A stretch of DNA of 63,941 nucleotides, counting the filler, from Octopus bimaculoides (lineage: Eukaryota), in assembly GCF_001194135.2 (NCBI RefSeq). It is 5 parts of 5 records of this genome, joined end to end, with 100 filler letters (N's around TTAATTAATTAA, not from the genome) between each part and the next. Parts side by side here need not be neighbours in the genome. Positions count along the whole stretch, not along the records: positions 21,204 to 31,206 come from NC_069002.1; positions 31,307 to 53,111 come from NC_068985.1; 3 more parts are not named here. One strand, written 5' to 3'. Every line of letters begins with the position of its first letter. Position 1 is the stretch's first letter. Position numbers and translations under genes: made by a program. Below, piece after piece: positions 25,540 to 37,529 of this stretch. The notes under the pieces were generated by a model, which made no database searches, was not told the origin of the DNA, and worked only from the letters and a program-made list of their open reading frames with translations.

Positions 25540-26045
25540 CCCTTTTAGCGTTCCACTGGCATGAGTGTCAATCAAGTGGTACTGTCATTGGCCATGTCAG
25601 CAGTTTTGATTTCACTTGCCCCGATGTCTTCACAAGCAAGGTTTATTGTCTAATGAATGAGGGGTATTCATAAATGGGCTGGTTACACCCACTGGCATAG
25701 GCTGTGAGCTATGGTCTCACTTGGCTTGTCGGGTCTTCTCAAGCGCAGCATATCTCCAAGGGTCCCAGTCACTAGTCATTGCCTCAGTAAGGCCCAATGT
25801 TTGAAGGTCATGCTTCACCACCTCATCCAAGGTTTTCCTGGGTCTGTCTCTTCCACAGGTTCCCTCAACTGCTAGGGTGTGACACTTTTTCACACAGCTG
25901 TCCTCATTCATTCACAACACATGACCATACCTACACTATCAGAGCATCCACCCCTGCTACTGACCTGGTCCCCTTGGTAACAGAAGCAATCAACTACTTC
26001 TAGTTTTTCTCCTTGGAATGTGACAGCAGCTGTTCTCTGCACATT
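25540..26045 (-). mobile_element. RTE LINE 3' end
   Basis: KLEVVDCFCYQGDQVSSRGG and VEGTCGRDRPRKTLDEVVKHDLQTLGLTEAMTSD...KTRQAK*. Confidence 0.85.
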
Positions 26046-26360
26046 TTCAGTGTTTATAGTATACATTCGGATACTTTCGGAATATATAGAATAGATAAAC
26101 ATGTTTATATTCCAAAAGTATCCGAATGTAATTATCATTATCTCCTGATAATCCTGATGATTTTCTTTATAAGGTATTTAAAATGCAAAATTATATTTTT
26201 ATGTATGTTTTGTAATTTTAATCTTATTTCAGAAATGAAACAATTGTTTGTTAATATGTTGATTAATTAATAAATTAATTTGTATACATTAGATCTCTCT
26301 GTTTTATAACTCAATATATACATATGTATGTGTGTGTGTGTGTATATATATTTATATATA

Positions 26361-26510
26361 TTGGCGTTAGGAAGGGCATCCAGCTGTAGAAACTCTGCCA
26401 AATCAGACTGGAGCCTGGTGTTGCCATCCGGTTTCACCAGTCCTCAGTCAAATCGTCCAACCCATGCTAGCATGGAAAGCGGACGTTAAACGATGATGAT
26501 GATGATGATA
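26361..26510 (+). mobile_element. RTE-type 3' tail repeat; similar copies near 27935-28045 (+), 30150-30310 (-) and 36200-36370 (-)
   Basis: GGAAGGGCATCCAGCTGTAGAAA...CCCATGCTAGCATGGAAAGCGGACGTTAAACG followed by (ATG)n. Confidence 0.7.
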
Positions 26511-26541
<31 letters not shown>

Positions 26542-26732
26542 TTATAAAAAGAGAAGTTTGAAAACGCCAATATATAATAAATGAATTTTAATTAAAAATT
26601 TTGTCAGAGATATTTTTAACATGTTTCGGTTCTTGTAAAAACGAACCTTACCAAAAATACATATTTAAAAAATGAAATTAAATGAAGAGTTCATAATTGT
26701 TCCTTACTGGTGTTAATAGTCCACGTGGGGGC

Positions 26733-26770
<38 letters not shown>

Positions 26771-26948
26771 TAAAAGGGTAAAGATTTATCAATTTATTAA
26801 TTTATTAATAAATCAACAATTAATAATTTTTACCAAATGCTTGCTGATCCCTTAATTATGTTAATATATATATATATGTATATATAGTGAATAAGAGTGA
26901 AATTCTCCAATGAAAGCTTGTTAAATTTGTTGTTTTTTTTATTTTCAG

Positions 26949-27073
26949 GAGGCAATGGGAAATAACTTTACAAGAAACTCTTGGCCCCTCTTATGTTCTT
27001 TTCCATTCAGCATCTCTTGGTTCTTTACACATTGCTATCTTCATGCGGAGGGACCTTATCTGGTTTTGTTCAA
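26949..27073 (+). CDS. INPP5E: INPP5E exon 4 ([42 protein letters not shown])
   Basis: TTTTCAG acceptor and GTATGT donor; LQETLGP and RRDLIWFCS are INPP5E-diagnostic. Confidence 0.96.
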
Positions 27074-27114
27074 GTATGTATCCTTTGTAATTTTTCTTTT
27101 TTGTTCAAGCCTGC

Positions 27115-27147
<33 letters not shown>

Positions 27148-27148
27148 G

Positions 27149-27515
27149 AAGGAAGTAAGCTGGCAGAATTGTTAGCACACTGGATGTAATATTTAGCGGC
27201 ATTTCGCCTGTCCACTATACACCGAGTTTAAATTCCACCAAGGTTGACTTTGCCTTTCATCCTTACGGAGTGGATAAATTAAGTACCAGTGAAACACTGG
27301 GGTCAATGTAATTGACTGGTTCCCCCCCCTCCCAAAAAAAAATTTCAGGCCTTGTGCCTATAGTAGAAAGGATTATTATTATTATTATTATTAAGATGGC
27401 AAGATGACTGAGAAATTGCTTAGCAGAATTTCTGCTGCTTTTACATTCTGAGTTCAAATTCCACCGGGGTCGACTTTACCTTTCATCCTTTCGGGGTCAA
27501 TAAAATAAGTACCAG
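27149..27515 (+). mobile_element. Two tandem SINE B copies in INPP5E intron 4
   Basis: Same arrangement as 23702-24060. Confidence 0.85.
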
Positions 27516-27595
27516 TTAATTCTTCTCTTACCTTTCTTTTTTGTTATTTTCCCACATCTGTCATCCGTGTCACATTTCTTTGTTGTTCTTGTCAG

Positions 27596-27715
27596 TACCT
27601 GAAGAAGACTCCATCACCACAAGAGCTGTCACTATGATTAAAACAAAAGGATCTGTTGCCGTGGCGCTGACATTTTTTGGTACCTCCATGCTATTCATCA
27701 TTTCTCATTTCACAG
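27596..27715 (+). CDS. INPP5E: INPP5E exon 5 (IPEEDSITTRAVTMIKTKGSVAVALTFFGTSMLFIISHFT)
   Basis: CAG acceptor and GTAAAT donor; IKTKG...TFFGTS.LFI.SHFT with the catalytic His. Confidence 0.96.
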
Positions 27716-28115
27716 GTAAATACCTTGATTTATTAGGAAAGCTTACATAAGACAGACTATTATCTGTTATGTCTATATGTGCGTCTATGCCTGTGTGTGT
27801 GTGCATATATATCCTTTCGGGGTTGATAAATTAAGCACCCATGAGACACTGGGTCAATGCAATTGACTAGACCCCCTCCCCCATAATTTCAGGCCTTGTG
27901 CCTTTAACAGAAAGGATTATTATTTATTATTATTAGATCAGATTGGAGCCAATTGCAGCCTACTAGTTTGCTGGTTCTCACTCAAACCATCCAACCCATG
28001 CCAGCATGGAAAGCAGACGTTAAACGATGATGATGATGATGATGATTAGATCTTTTTATCTTAGTATCACACAAAGAATATTAAGAAATTTCCTTTTACG
28101 TTGTTTACATTGTAG

Positions 28116-28211
28116 CATCATACCAGAAGATGGCTGACCGCATGAGCGACTATGAGAAGACCATCCGTGACTTGAGATTGCCAAAAGGATCCCAGTTCAG
28201 TGGCAGTAAAG
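28116..28211 (+). CDS. INPP5E: INPP5E exon 6 (ASYQKMADRMSDYEKTIRDLRLPKGSQFSGSK)
   Basis: TAG acceptor and GTACAG donor; phase 1-1; aligns to human KVAERLLDYTRTVQALVLP. Confidence 0.92.
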
Positions 28212-28239
28212 GTACAGTGCTGCCCCCTTTCTTGCTTTC

Positions 28240-28990
28240 TTTGCATATATGTTTTTTTTTTATTGTTTGTTTCAGTCATTGGACTGTGGCCATGCTGGGG
28301 CAACCAACACCTTGGAAGGTTTTAGCCAAACAAATCGACTCCAGCACTTATTTTTTTTATAAGTGTGGTGCTTACTTTATCGGTCTCTTTTGCTGAACTG
28401 CTAAGTGACGGGAACATAAACACAGCAACACCAGTTGTCAAACAGTGGTGAGGAACAAATACACATACACACATATATGCATACATGACGGGCCTCTTTC
28501 AGTTTCCGTCTACCAAAGCCACTCACAAGGCTCTGGTCAGCCCAAGGCTATACAGTAGAGAAACTGAACCTAGAACCATGTGGTTGGGAAATAAGATTCT
28601 TACCATACTTCTTCCACACACACATACACATGACAGGCTTCTTTCAGTTTCCGTCTACCAAATCCACTTACAAGGCTTTGGTCGACCTGAGGCTATAATA
28701 GAAGACACTGAGACACTTGACCCAGGTTCCATGCAGTGGAACTGAACCTGGAACCATGTAGTTACGAGACAAGCTTGTTACCACACAGCCACGCCTCTGC
28801 ATATCGTTTAACGTCCGCTTTCCATGGACTTCTTTCAGTTTCCGTCTACTAAATCCACTCACAAGGCTTTGGTTGACCCAAGGTTATGGTAGAAGACACT
28901 TGTCCAAGATGCCATGCAGTGGGACCGAACCTGGAATCATGTGGTTGGGAAGCAAACCTCTTACCACACAGCCACCTACCTATTGTCATG
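28240..28990 (-). mobile_element. Cluster of three SINE A copies in INPP5E intron 6
   Basis: Repeated TTCAGTTTCCGTCTAC...GAACC...CCACACAGCCA units. Confidence 0.82.
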
Positions 28991-29080
28991 GATGCACATA
29001 CACACATACTCCCACCGACACATCGTAGCCTTTAACCTTTGTGCTTTCTTTTTTGTTATCCGTTTCTTTTTTCCTTGTAG

Positions 29081-29251
29081 ATGTTACGGCTCGATATGAT
29101 TCTGTCTTTTGGATGGGTGATTTCAACTTTCGCATCAATGGAACAAAGTGTCCGTTGTTAGAGGAAATGGTGGTGAAGGACGACGCCAGGCCAAGACCAA
29201 ATTTTGAAAAAATTCTCCAAAGTGATCAACTAATGGAGCTTCTCAATGAAG
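29081..29251 (+). CDS. INPP5E: INPP5E exon 7 (DVTARYDSVFWMGDFNFRING...SDQLMELLNE)
   Basis: Polypyrimidine tract plus TAG acceptor, GTATGT donor; FWxGDFNFR 5-phosphatase signature. Confidence 0.97.
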
Positions 29252-29271
29252 GTATGTTTTTTTTTTTTTGC

Positions 29272-29612
29272 TTGTTACCCTGCGTGCGAAAGCAGGATAT
29301 TGTAGTTGCTTGTCTTTGTCTGTGTGTTTGCAAAATTACTGTAAAACTGCTGAAGAGATTTTCACCAAATTTGACAGAAACACTCCTCAGATGAGTGGCT
29401 CAAACTCATTAAATTTTGGTTGGATTATCTTTAAAACTGGCAGACGGGTAAATCAAAATATTTTTCTTTTCTTTGTTATGCATGCATAAACGATAAGCAG
29501 GGGAAATAACTCTTGATGTCATTTTGTTAAAATATGAATTTGTCTGAGAATATATTATGAAATTAAATTTAATTCTATCCTTGTGTGAGCGCAGGGCGTG
29601 CATCATCCCTAT
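29272..29612. mobile_element. Helentron-associated (HINE/DINE-like) non-autonomous element in INPP5E intron 7
   Basis: Subterminal inverted repeat CCCTGCG/CGCAGGG, GTCT-type microsatellite, GATTTTCACCAAATTTG core; no TSD seen. Confidence 0.5.
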
Positions 29613-29769
29613 TAGGATTTTTTTTTTTTCATTTTTGTTTTATTTTAATTTTTATTATTCCTTATTCTTTTGCTTCGTTTTGGCTAGTGATGTGCCACGG
29701 TGAATTACATATCATTCAGATTCCCAAACAAGCTGAGGTTGCAGTTGTCTATTAAAAACATCATCTTCT

Positions 29770-30125
29770 TTCTTGTCATACTGGAGCACTGCTTTGAAAG
29801 ATTTAGCTAAACAAAGTGACCCCAGGGCTTATTTCTCATTTTTAAGGCTGGTATTTTGTCTATCAATCCCTTTCAGTGAACCACTAAGTTACAGATTCGT
29901 AAACAAACACCAGTTGTCACGTGGTGGCGATGGTGGGAAAAACACACATACACATACATATATGAAGGATTTTTACAGTTTCCAACTACCAAATATAATC
30001 ACAAGGCATTGGTTGGCCCAGGGCTATAGCAGTTGATACTTGCTTATGGTGCTGTGCAGTGGGACTGAACCTGAAACTATGTGGTTACAAAGCGAGCTTT
30101 TTTGAACACAGCCACATCTGCACCT
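29770..30125 (-). mobile_element. SINE A, decayed
   Basis: Family A tail, core and head. Confidence 0.75.
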
Positions 30126-30379
30126 GTGTGTGTGCCTATCAGTTAATCATCATTACCATTTTAACGTCCGATGTCCATGCTGGCATGGGTTGGACAGGTT
30201 AACTAGGGCCGGTGGGATGGGGCTGTACCAGATTCCTGTCTGATTTGGCATGATTTCTACAGGGGGATGCCTTTCCTAATGCCAACCACATTACAGTGTG
30301 CTGGGTGCTTTTATGTGGCAGAATATGAACTCAGAATGTAAAGTTGTGACAAAATGGTAATTCCAAGAAAATTTTAGCT

Positions 30380-30553
30380 GTCAATGTTGACTTTGGCACC
30401 AGTGACGTAGCAACTCATTTCTACAGCTGAGCGATCTGGAGCAACGTGAAATAAAGCATCTTGCTCAAGAACACAACACATCCTGGTCTGGGAATCGAAC
30501 TCACTACCCCCTGACTGTAAGCTCAACGCTCTAACCACTGAGCGATGCACCTT
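30380..30553 (-). mobile_element. tRNA-derived SINE family C
   Basis: Head TCGCTCAGTGGTTAGAGCG...GAGTTCGATTCCC; core GTGTTCTTGAGCAAG..TTTATTTCACGTTGCTCCAG. Confidence 0.8.
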
Positions 30554-30665
30554 AGATAATACTGCCACGAAACTCACAAGGTTAATCTCGTTCCCTAACA
30601 CCGAAAATTGTTGTTAAACACTTGATGATGTTGTAACTATGCTAATTATTTTGTGTTTGTTTCAG

Positions 30666-30799
30666 GGAAGATATTCAAAGGATTCCAAGAAGGAAGAATT
30701 AGTTTCCAACCGACATATAAATTTGATATGAAGTCTTCAAGCGAAGAAGTCTCTGAAAAGCCTTTCTCTTACCACAAGCTACGTACACCTTCTTACACA
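30666..30799 (+). CDS. INPP5E: INPP5E exon 8 (GKIFKGFQEGRISFQPTYKFD...LRTPSYT); the gene must continue beyond it
   Basis: TTTCAG acceptor and GTAAGA donor; PTYKFD and RTPSYT motifs; ends in phase 0 just before the expected DR(V/I)L. Confidence 0.96.
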
Positions 30800-31206
30800 G
30801 TAAGATATATATATTACATTATTCTTTTGTCACATGCTGTGTTTATTTTTTTTCTTTTTCTCTCTCTCCCTCTGCTGGTTCGTCGTGGATGGAAGGTGCT
30901 TTTTACATGGCGGCATCACCCACATTACTGCTCCTCATGTGACTCCTCAGCTTTGGGATATCAATTCTGCTGATATACCTGTGTGTGTGTGTGTGTGTTT
31001 CTTCTCACCACCACCACCACTTGATATATTTATATATATATATACATTTATATATCTATTTATATATATATACATTTATATATTTATATATATTTATATA
31101 TATATATATATATATATATAAATATATATTTATTTATATATATATATATTTATATATATATTTATTTATATATATATTTATTTATATATATATATATTTA
31201 TATATA

Positions 31207-31306
31207 NNNNNNNNNNNNNNNNNNNNNNNNNNNNNNNNNNNNNNNNNNNNTTAATTAATTAANNNNNNNNNNNNNNNNNNNNNNNNNNNNNNNNNNNNNN
31301 NNNNNN
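31207..31306. other. Artificial 100-bp scaffold linker
   Basis: N44-TTAATTAATTAA-N44. Confidence 0.95.
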
Positions 31307-31439
31307 TATATATATATGCAGACTATGTGGTAAGAAGTTTGCTTCTCAACTACGTCGTTCTGGGTTCAGTCCTACTGCATGGCACCTGAACATAACCCTG
31401 AAAATAGGGAAAATAGGTACGGCATTAGTTATAGGGAAG

Positions 31440-31830
31440 AAGAGAAAAGTCCTGAAAATAAAACCTGTGATTATGCCCACAAAAGTAGAAATAGATGTCC
31501 ATTAATAAATTTTTGAAGTGAAAAATCTTATAATATATAAGGGTAAAGTAACGCCAGAGGGACAAGGTTACTACTATATAGGCTCCTAAGAAAATTATAT
31601 AAAAGGAAGGATAGCCAACCATGAAAACACTTTTAGAGATGAGAGGAAAGAAACTAGTACTAATCTAAATAGATTAATTTGGGAAATTAAGGACAAAAAT
31701 AAGGAATTTACACTGAAGTAGGAAGTAAATAGCGGGGCAAAATTTTATAGCATTGGAAGAAAAATATGTTACTTGTGCATTAAGAGTCATTACATTTAAT
31801 TAATAATAAAAGAGAAAGAGTTTTTTTTTG
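31440..31830 (+). mobile_element. Penelope-like GIY-YIG endonuclease remnant
   Basis: NRCPL...IIYK...YYYIGS...GRIANHENTF...LIWEIKDK...CYLC. Confidence 0.75.
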
Positions 31831-32104
31831 CCTACATAGAATTAAATATATGTTTAATGAATGCAAATAGATAAAATCAAATAGACATTGTACGAATGGA
31901 TATACATCTAATAATTCCAAATAGATATAATTAAATGAGACGTATGTGAATAAATAAATATCTAGAATTAATAATTCTATATTAATCAGATACAGGAATA
32001 AACATTGAAACCTTTACCATCAGCTGATGTATCAAAATAAATAATTTAACAATTATATTAAATAAATGAGGGATAGAGAACTTGCTATATTCATAAGGGA
32101 AAAG

Positions 32105-32139
<35 letters not shown>

Positions 32140-32744
32140 CATATATATTTATATGTTTTAATATATGTGTATATTTAATAAATTTTTAAATAATAAAATA
32201 CATTTAAATAAACACTCTGTCAATGATAAAATTTAAAATATACATAGAAAGTGACCTTCAAATGAACTGAGCCCCACCATTTGAAAATGGTCTTAACTCC
32301 ATACATGTGATGCACAGTAAATCATACTCCCATTAAACATAAAAATTTATTTAACTAAATATATATATAATAACCTAAGCTATCAACAAATAAGACTAAT
32401 TCCTGTAAATAAATAAAAATTGTAATAAAAATTGAGTATGGCCGTAAGACCTAGTTCCTCAGTACCTCAACTAGCCATTGTCCACTGTGGTCGTACATTA
32501 CCTTCATGAGTGAAATACCTCACAATCACTAAGCCACACACATTCGCATAGCATAATCTATAGAGGTAATGACAGGGCAGAATGATTAAGTAGTTTGTTA
32601 TATAATCATGTGGTCTTGGGTTCGGTCCCACTGTGTGACAACATTGTCAAGTGTCCTCTACTGACCAAAGCCTCGTTAATGGATTTGTGAGACAAAAACT
32701 AAAAGAAGCCTATCATATGTGTATGTGCATGTGTGTGCCTCTAC

Positions 32745-32798
<54 letters not shown>

Positions 32799-33051
32799 CT
32801 TCTGCTGTCATTATGCTTCAGCACAAGTGTCACCATCATATAAGTTGTGACCTTGTTGTTCAGTATTCTGTGGAAGGAAGTTCAACTGAGAGGAAATATC
32901 ACCTTTCTTTGAAAATGGCGAGAGTTGGTGAAAGGAAAGGCATCCGGCTGGAGAAGCTCTGCCTCTCCGAATTTCATTTGACCAATGCAAGCACGAATAA
33001 ATAAACATTAAAACAATGATGACAATGATGATGATGATTACAATGATGATG

Positions 33052-33091
<40 letters not shown>

Positions 33092-34348
33092 CAACGCACA
33101 CGCACACGCACTCATACACACACTCTCACACATAAACTAACTCTGAAATAAACTTCTCAGAATATCAGACCAATAAGAAATATTCCATGTGTAAATGATT
33201 TATAGATCCTTTGCACATGGAATAATTCTTGTTGTTCTGGGAATAACGCAATGAAACAGACAATAAATATTGTCTCGATCAGAGAGTATTGATATATGAA
33301 ATATCACCTGCTTATGACTACTTAGGACACTAAAATATGGCTTTCATTTTACACAGCAAAATATTTATAGCCGACCATTAAATTACTGGGCCCAGTGCAT
33401 GTGTGTTTCTGGTTGATACATAATAGCAAAACAAAGTTGTGTGTTTGACGTCATCAAAGCTGACCACAGACACAGGGTCAATATGTATACTGTTTCAATA
33501 GATATGTCCAAAATATAACAATATTGTGGAAGGTCACGAGAAAATGTGTATTTTGTAGTCTTGGTCCGACTGTGCAGGAGATAATTTTACACAAAGAGCA
33601 GAAAACATAAAAGCTGATGGCAAAATACTTTCTAATCTAATTCCATGGCCAGTATGATAAAATTAACATTAAACTAGACTTCTGATATTTAAATATATAA
33701 ACATATTCAATTATTTGTGCTTAAAGAAGAAATAACTCTGTATGTATAAAAGAAAAATGTAGAAGAACAAAAAGAGAGAGAGAAAAAAAAAAGAAAATAA
33801 CAGTAGTTCTTTTCTATTAAGTGAAAGTGTATATATGTATATGTATCAATAAATAAATAAATAAGAATATACAACATAAACGGTCTGGAGGTGTGAGAGA
33901 TAAATATATTTATTTTATCGGTTGATTTCTGGAGAGTGATGGCTATTTTGCAGCCGTCATCATGCAATAATAATTTTCATTTTAGTGTATAATGAATAAT
34001 AATATATGTCTTCTCTAATATGCATGCTATATATTGCATATTACTATGGTACGTTTAAAGATCAATAGAGATATAGAAGGCTAGCTCTTCAGATCAAATG
34101 AAATGAACATCCTGGTGGCATCAAGTCCACAATTGGAACATTTTTGTGATTACCACATGATTCTATGAATCCTTATATTACGCATTAAATGCACGCACAC
34201 ACATACATAAATACATATATAAACAAACACACACATACATATAATACTTGTTTGAGGCATTAGAATGCAATCTTACTGGCCATGACCTTCAAGCCGAAAT
34301 TGATCCCAGCATTTTCTTAATCTGGTTTCTGAGACTTAAGCAAGCCAA

Positions 34349-34446
34349 CACCACCAGAGCTCCTATACCACGTGATTTTAGCCTTCCTTGGCCATTGGCA
34401 AGGCTAAGGAAGGCTGAAATCTCATGATATGGCAGTTCTAGTGGTG
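34349..34446. repeat. Gapless 45-bp inverted repeat with 8-nt loop
   Basis: 34349-34393 pairs with 34402-34446; 5 mismatches, none in the inner 20 bp (G-U allowed). Confidence 0.85.
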
Positions 34447-34544
34447 GCAGCAGACGATCACTGCTCTAGAAATAAACTCCGACCATGGAGCAGGTACAAA
34501 AACTTGCAATTGTCAGGTTTCTCAACTATGCCCTCTTCAAGGCT

Positions 34545-35040
34545 GCTGTCTATATACTAACGTAGTCTACAAGTTCTGTGTTATAACACCACTCTCTCTC
34601 AAAGCAAGGGTGTTTATCGATAGTGCCACTACCATGCACACATGAACTCTTTCTCCAATCCAAATTATAAATTATCAACCTCTTTAGCAACTTATATACA
34701 CAACCTAGAATCTTACAATATCCCATACACTCTATCCTTGTCCATAGCAAGCGAAGTAAACACTAGCAAGCGTAAGTTATGTGTAAAGGAATCATTAACA
34801 ATTCTTCGCCTTCATAACTCCTCATTACTTAATAGATCCTCTGATATTATTCATTCTTGTAAACAAGGCTGAAACAAGGAAAATGTCCCTTGTATTTGAA
34901 TACTATACAAATATTCTTTTAAAAAACTTTTCATTTAATTTTTCCAAAATTTAATTGCTTTCCATACTTACAGTTGAAAAAGTCTCAATGACCGAAACCG
35001 GTACTGAAATGTTTTTTTTATAAAATTATTTTAGCATTTT
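34545..35040 (+). mobile_element. Penelope-like GIY-YIG C-terminus plus terminal repeat
   Basis: NVVYKF...STSLATYIHNL...LCVKESLTIL...LLNRSSDIIHSCK; hammerhead-like relic at 34968-35009. Confidence 0.75.
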
Positions 35041-35107
35041 CTACCTTGACTTTTTCCCATATATTTACATATACATATATATACACACTCGCGCACACAC
35101 ACAAATA

Positions 35108-36150
35108 AGGGAAGCCCCTGGCCATCTGGAATCACTGCAGAGAAGCTCAAATTTTCTAGTAAGGTAGGATACACGCTGGTCATGCACATAGTTAATCAAA
35201 TTATTCAGTGGGACATAAAACCCAGTGACTGTTGTAGCAGCTGCAATGGTGAGGAGATTCCTTATATAAAAGCAATTATACAGGCATCAACCTCCTGGAC
35301 CATGAAATGAAAATTACGGAGAGAGTTATAGCCTAATTAATTAAGAGCAGAATTAGGCTAGACAAAAGGCAGTTTGTCTTTGTCTGGGGAAGAAGCATTA
35401 CCGACGCTATTTTCATAGTCAGACAACTGCAAGAGAAATACTTAGCTGAGAATAAACTATTATTCGTTGATGTAGAGAAGGCATTCGATAGAGGACGCTG
35501 TTATGTGACATCGTCGGCTTTTGAGGAGGCTAGAGATAGATGAAGCTGTAAAAGCCCTGTACAAAGGTGCTGTGAGTTAGTTGACAATTGGTCACGAGTA
35601 CAGTGAAGAATTTGGAGTACAGGTAAACATTCATCAAGACTCAGTCAGTTGTCCCCTCCTTTTCATCATTGTCCTCCAGGCCATAACAGAGGAATTCAAG
35701 ACTACCAGGCCCTGAGAGTTACTATAGGCTGATTATCTTGCCCTTAAAGCAGATTCTGCATCAAAGCTAGAAAGGAAATTACAGGTGTGGAAGCAAAACC
35801 TGGAATCTAAGGATCCTACCCACTTCAGTTAAGTGGCCTTCCTCGATTGGTAGGAAAGGTTTAGGCAAGAATTCCATTCAGTGTACCAAGTGTCGGCTAT
35901 AGACACACAAGTGGTGCAGTGAAATAATAGGAAGGTTATCAGAGGAAGTAGTATTCGTATGGGGAAGATTACAACAACCATAAGCACACCAGGTACTCAG
36001 GAAATGGGTTCTCTCAAATGCTCCGGATGCTCTTTAGAAGTAGTGAATAATTTCTGCTACATGGGAGAGAAAATTAGTTGTGGTGGAGGATATATGAAGA
36101 GCATAATAACTAGAATATGAATAGGATGATTGCACGAAGTTGGTTCCAAT
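35108..36150 (+). mobile_element. RTE LINE RT domain, decayed
   Basis: NYTGINLL, TDAIFIVRQLQEKYLAENK, DVEKAFDR, ADYLALKA, LEVVNNFCYMG. Confidence 0.88.
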
Positions 36151-36489
36151 GCTGGAGTCGACTTTGCTCAAATCTATTATGTATATATGTATATGTGTAT
36201 CAACAGCATCGTTGAACTTCCATTTTCCATTCTGGCATGGGTTGGACGATTTGAGAGGAGGTGGATAACTGGAGAGCTGTCCGGACTCCAAATGCTTGTT
36301 TTGACATGATTTCTACAACTGGACGCCCTTCCTAACGCCAGCCACTTTACAGAATGTTCTGGGTGTTTTTTACGAGCCATTGGTATAGAAACGTTAATGT
36401 AGCACCAGCACGAGAGTGATGGTGTTGCATTTTACATGGCACCTGCAAAACAAAGACCTCTCAGCCGGGAGAGGAAGTGTGGGTAGGTC

Positions 36490-36660
36490 CTTAGTAACCA
36501 ACGAAGACAGAAGCTCTCTGAACTTTGTCCAACCTGTTCTTATTGTAGCAACTATGTTTTCAGAACTTCTAACTCCATTGCAAACTTGGTTGCCTAGGTA
36601 GCAGTAGTTATCTGCTACTTCTAAGAATCCCCTGAGCAGTTGACCAAGTCAGTTCTCTGT
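36490..36660 (-). mobile_element. RTE fragment
   Basis: LEVADNYCYLGNQV...IRTGWTKFRELL. Confidence 0.75.
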
Positions 36661-37529
36661 GCGTTTTTACTGCTCAGTGCCAAAACAAGGAAATAAAAGA
36701 GAACATGAAGATAAAAGTGACAGAAACCCTAACTTTAACATTAATTATTAAAACAAAAATGATAATAAAAAGCATTGTATATTGTATTTTTCTTCCCAAA
36801 ACCTTAGAAATTCATCCAAACATCTTGCAATAAAACACATCAGTAGGTAAATAGGAAATGAATAATTAAACAGAAACCAAAGCTGAAAATGTGAAATAGT
36901 GAAAAACGTTCTGCTGTGAATACCTTTTTGGTAACTCTGCACTATGAAAATTGTATATCAGCCCTTTTCCTTTGTGTAAACAAGTACTTAGGATGTGATT
37001 ACGTAAGTTGTTGTTGTCCTGCTGTAAAATTAATTGTTTTCTTTTAAGTAAAGATGACACACAGCTTCTTTTTACTGTTGCAGTAAATGCAAGAAGAGGC
37101 AAAAACAGGCATAGAGTCTTTTACATAAGTACTGTTTCTATAAAAATAATGCTTTTAGGTAAAAACTACTATTTTACTTGAATCCCCAAATGTATTTGGA
37201 GAGTTGGGTGGCAAATTTCCTATTTGGTCAGATAAAAATGTTTATACAGGTAACAATGTATCTTTGAAATAATTTCCAATGAGGGTGTGTAATATTTCAA
37301 CTGTGAGAGACCATTCATTGCAACATTGGTACATACACTTAAGAAATTGGCAAGATAATAACCATCAAGTGTGCAGCTCTGAACCAGCACAACATTATAG
37401 ACAAATAAAGCAATTTCTTTGGGGGCTAAAACCTGGGTGTTTCAGAAAAATACAAAAACTTGTGCAATGAATATTTTCTGGTCTTAACTTTAATATCCAT
37501 ATTTGTCATCGAAAAATAGCTATAATTGT

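Noticed and set aside
30480-30553. tRNA-like sequence
   Set aside because: It is a SINE head with no acceptor stem and continues into the SINE core; no genuine tRNA gene found
33440-33480. IKADHR resembling the INPP5E TSDHRP motif
   Set aside because: No upstream DRIL, no splice sites, wrong residues
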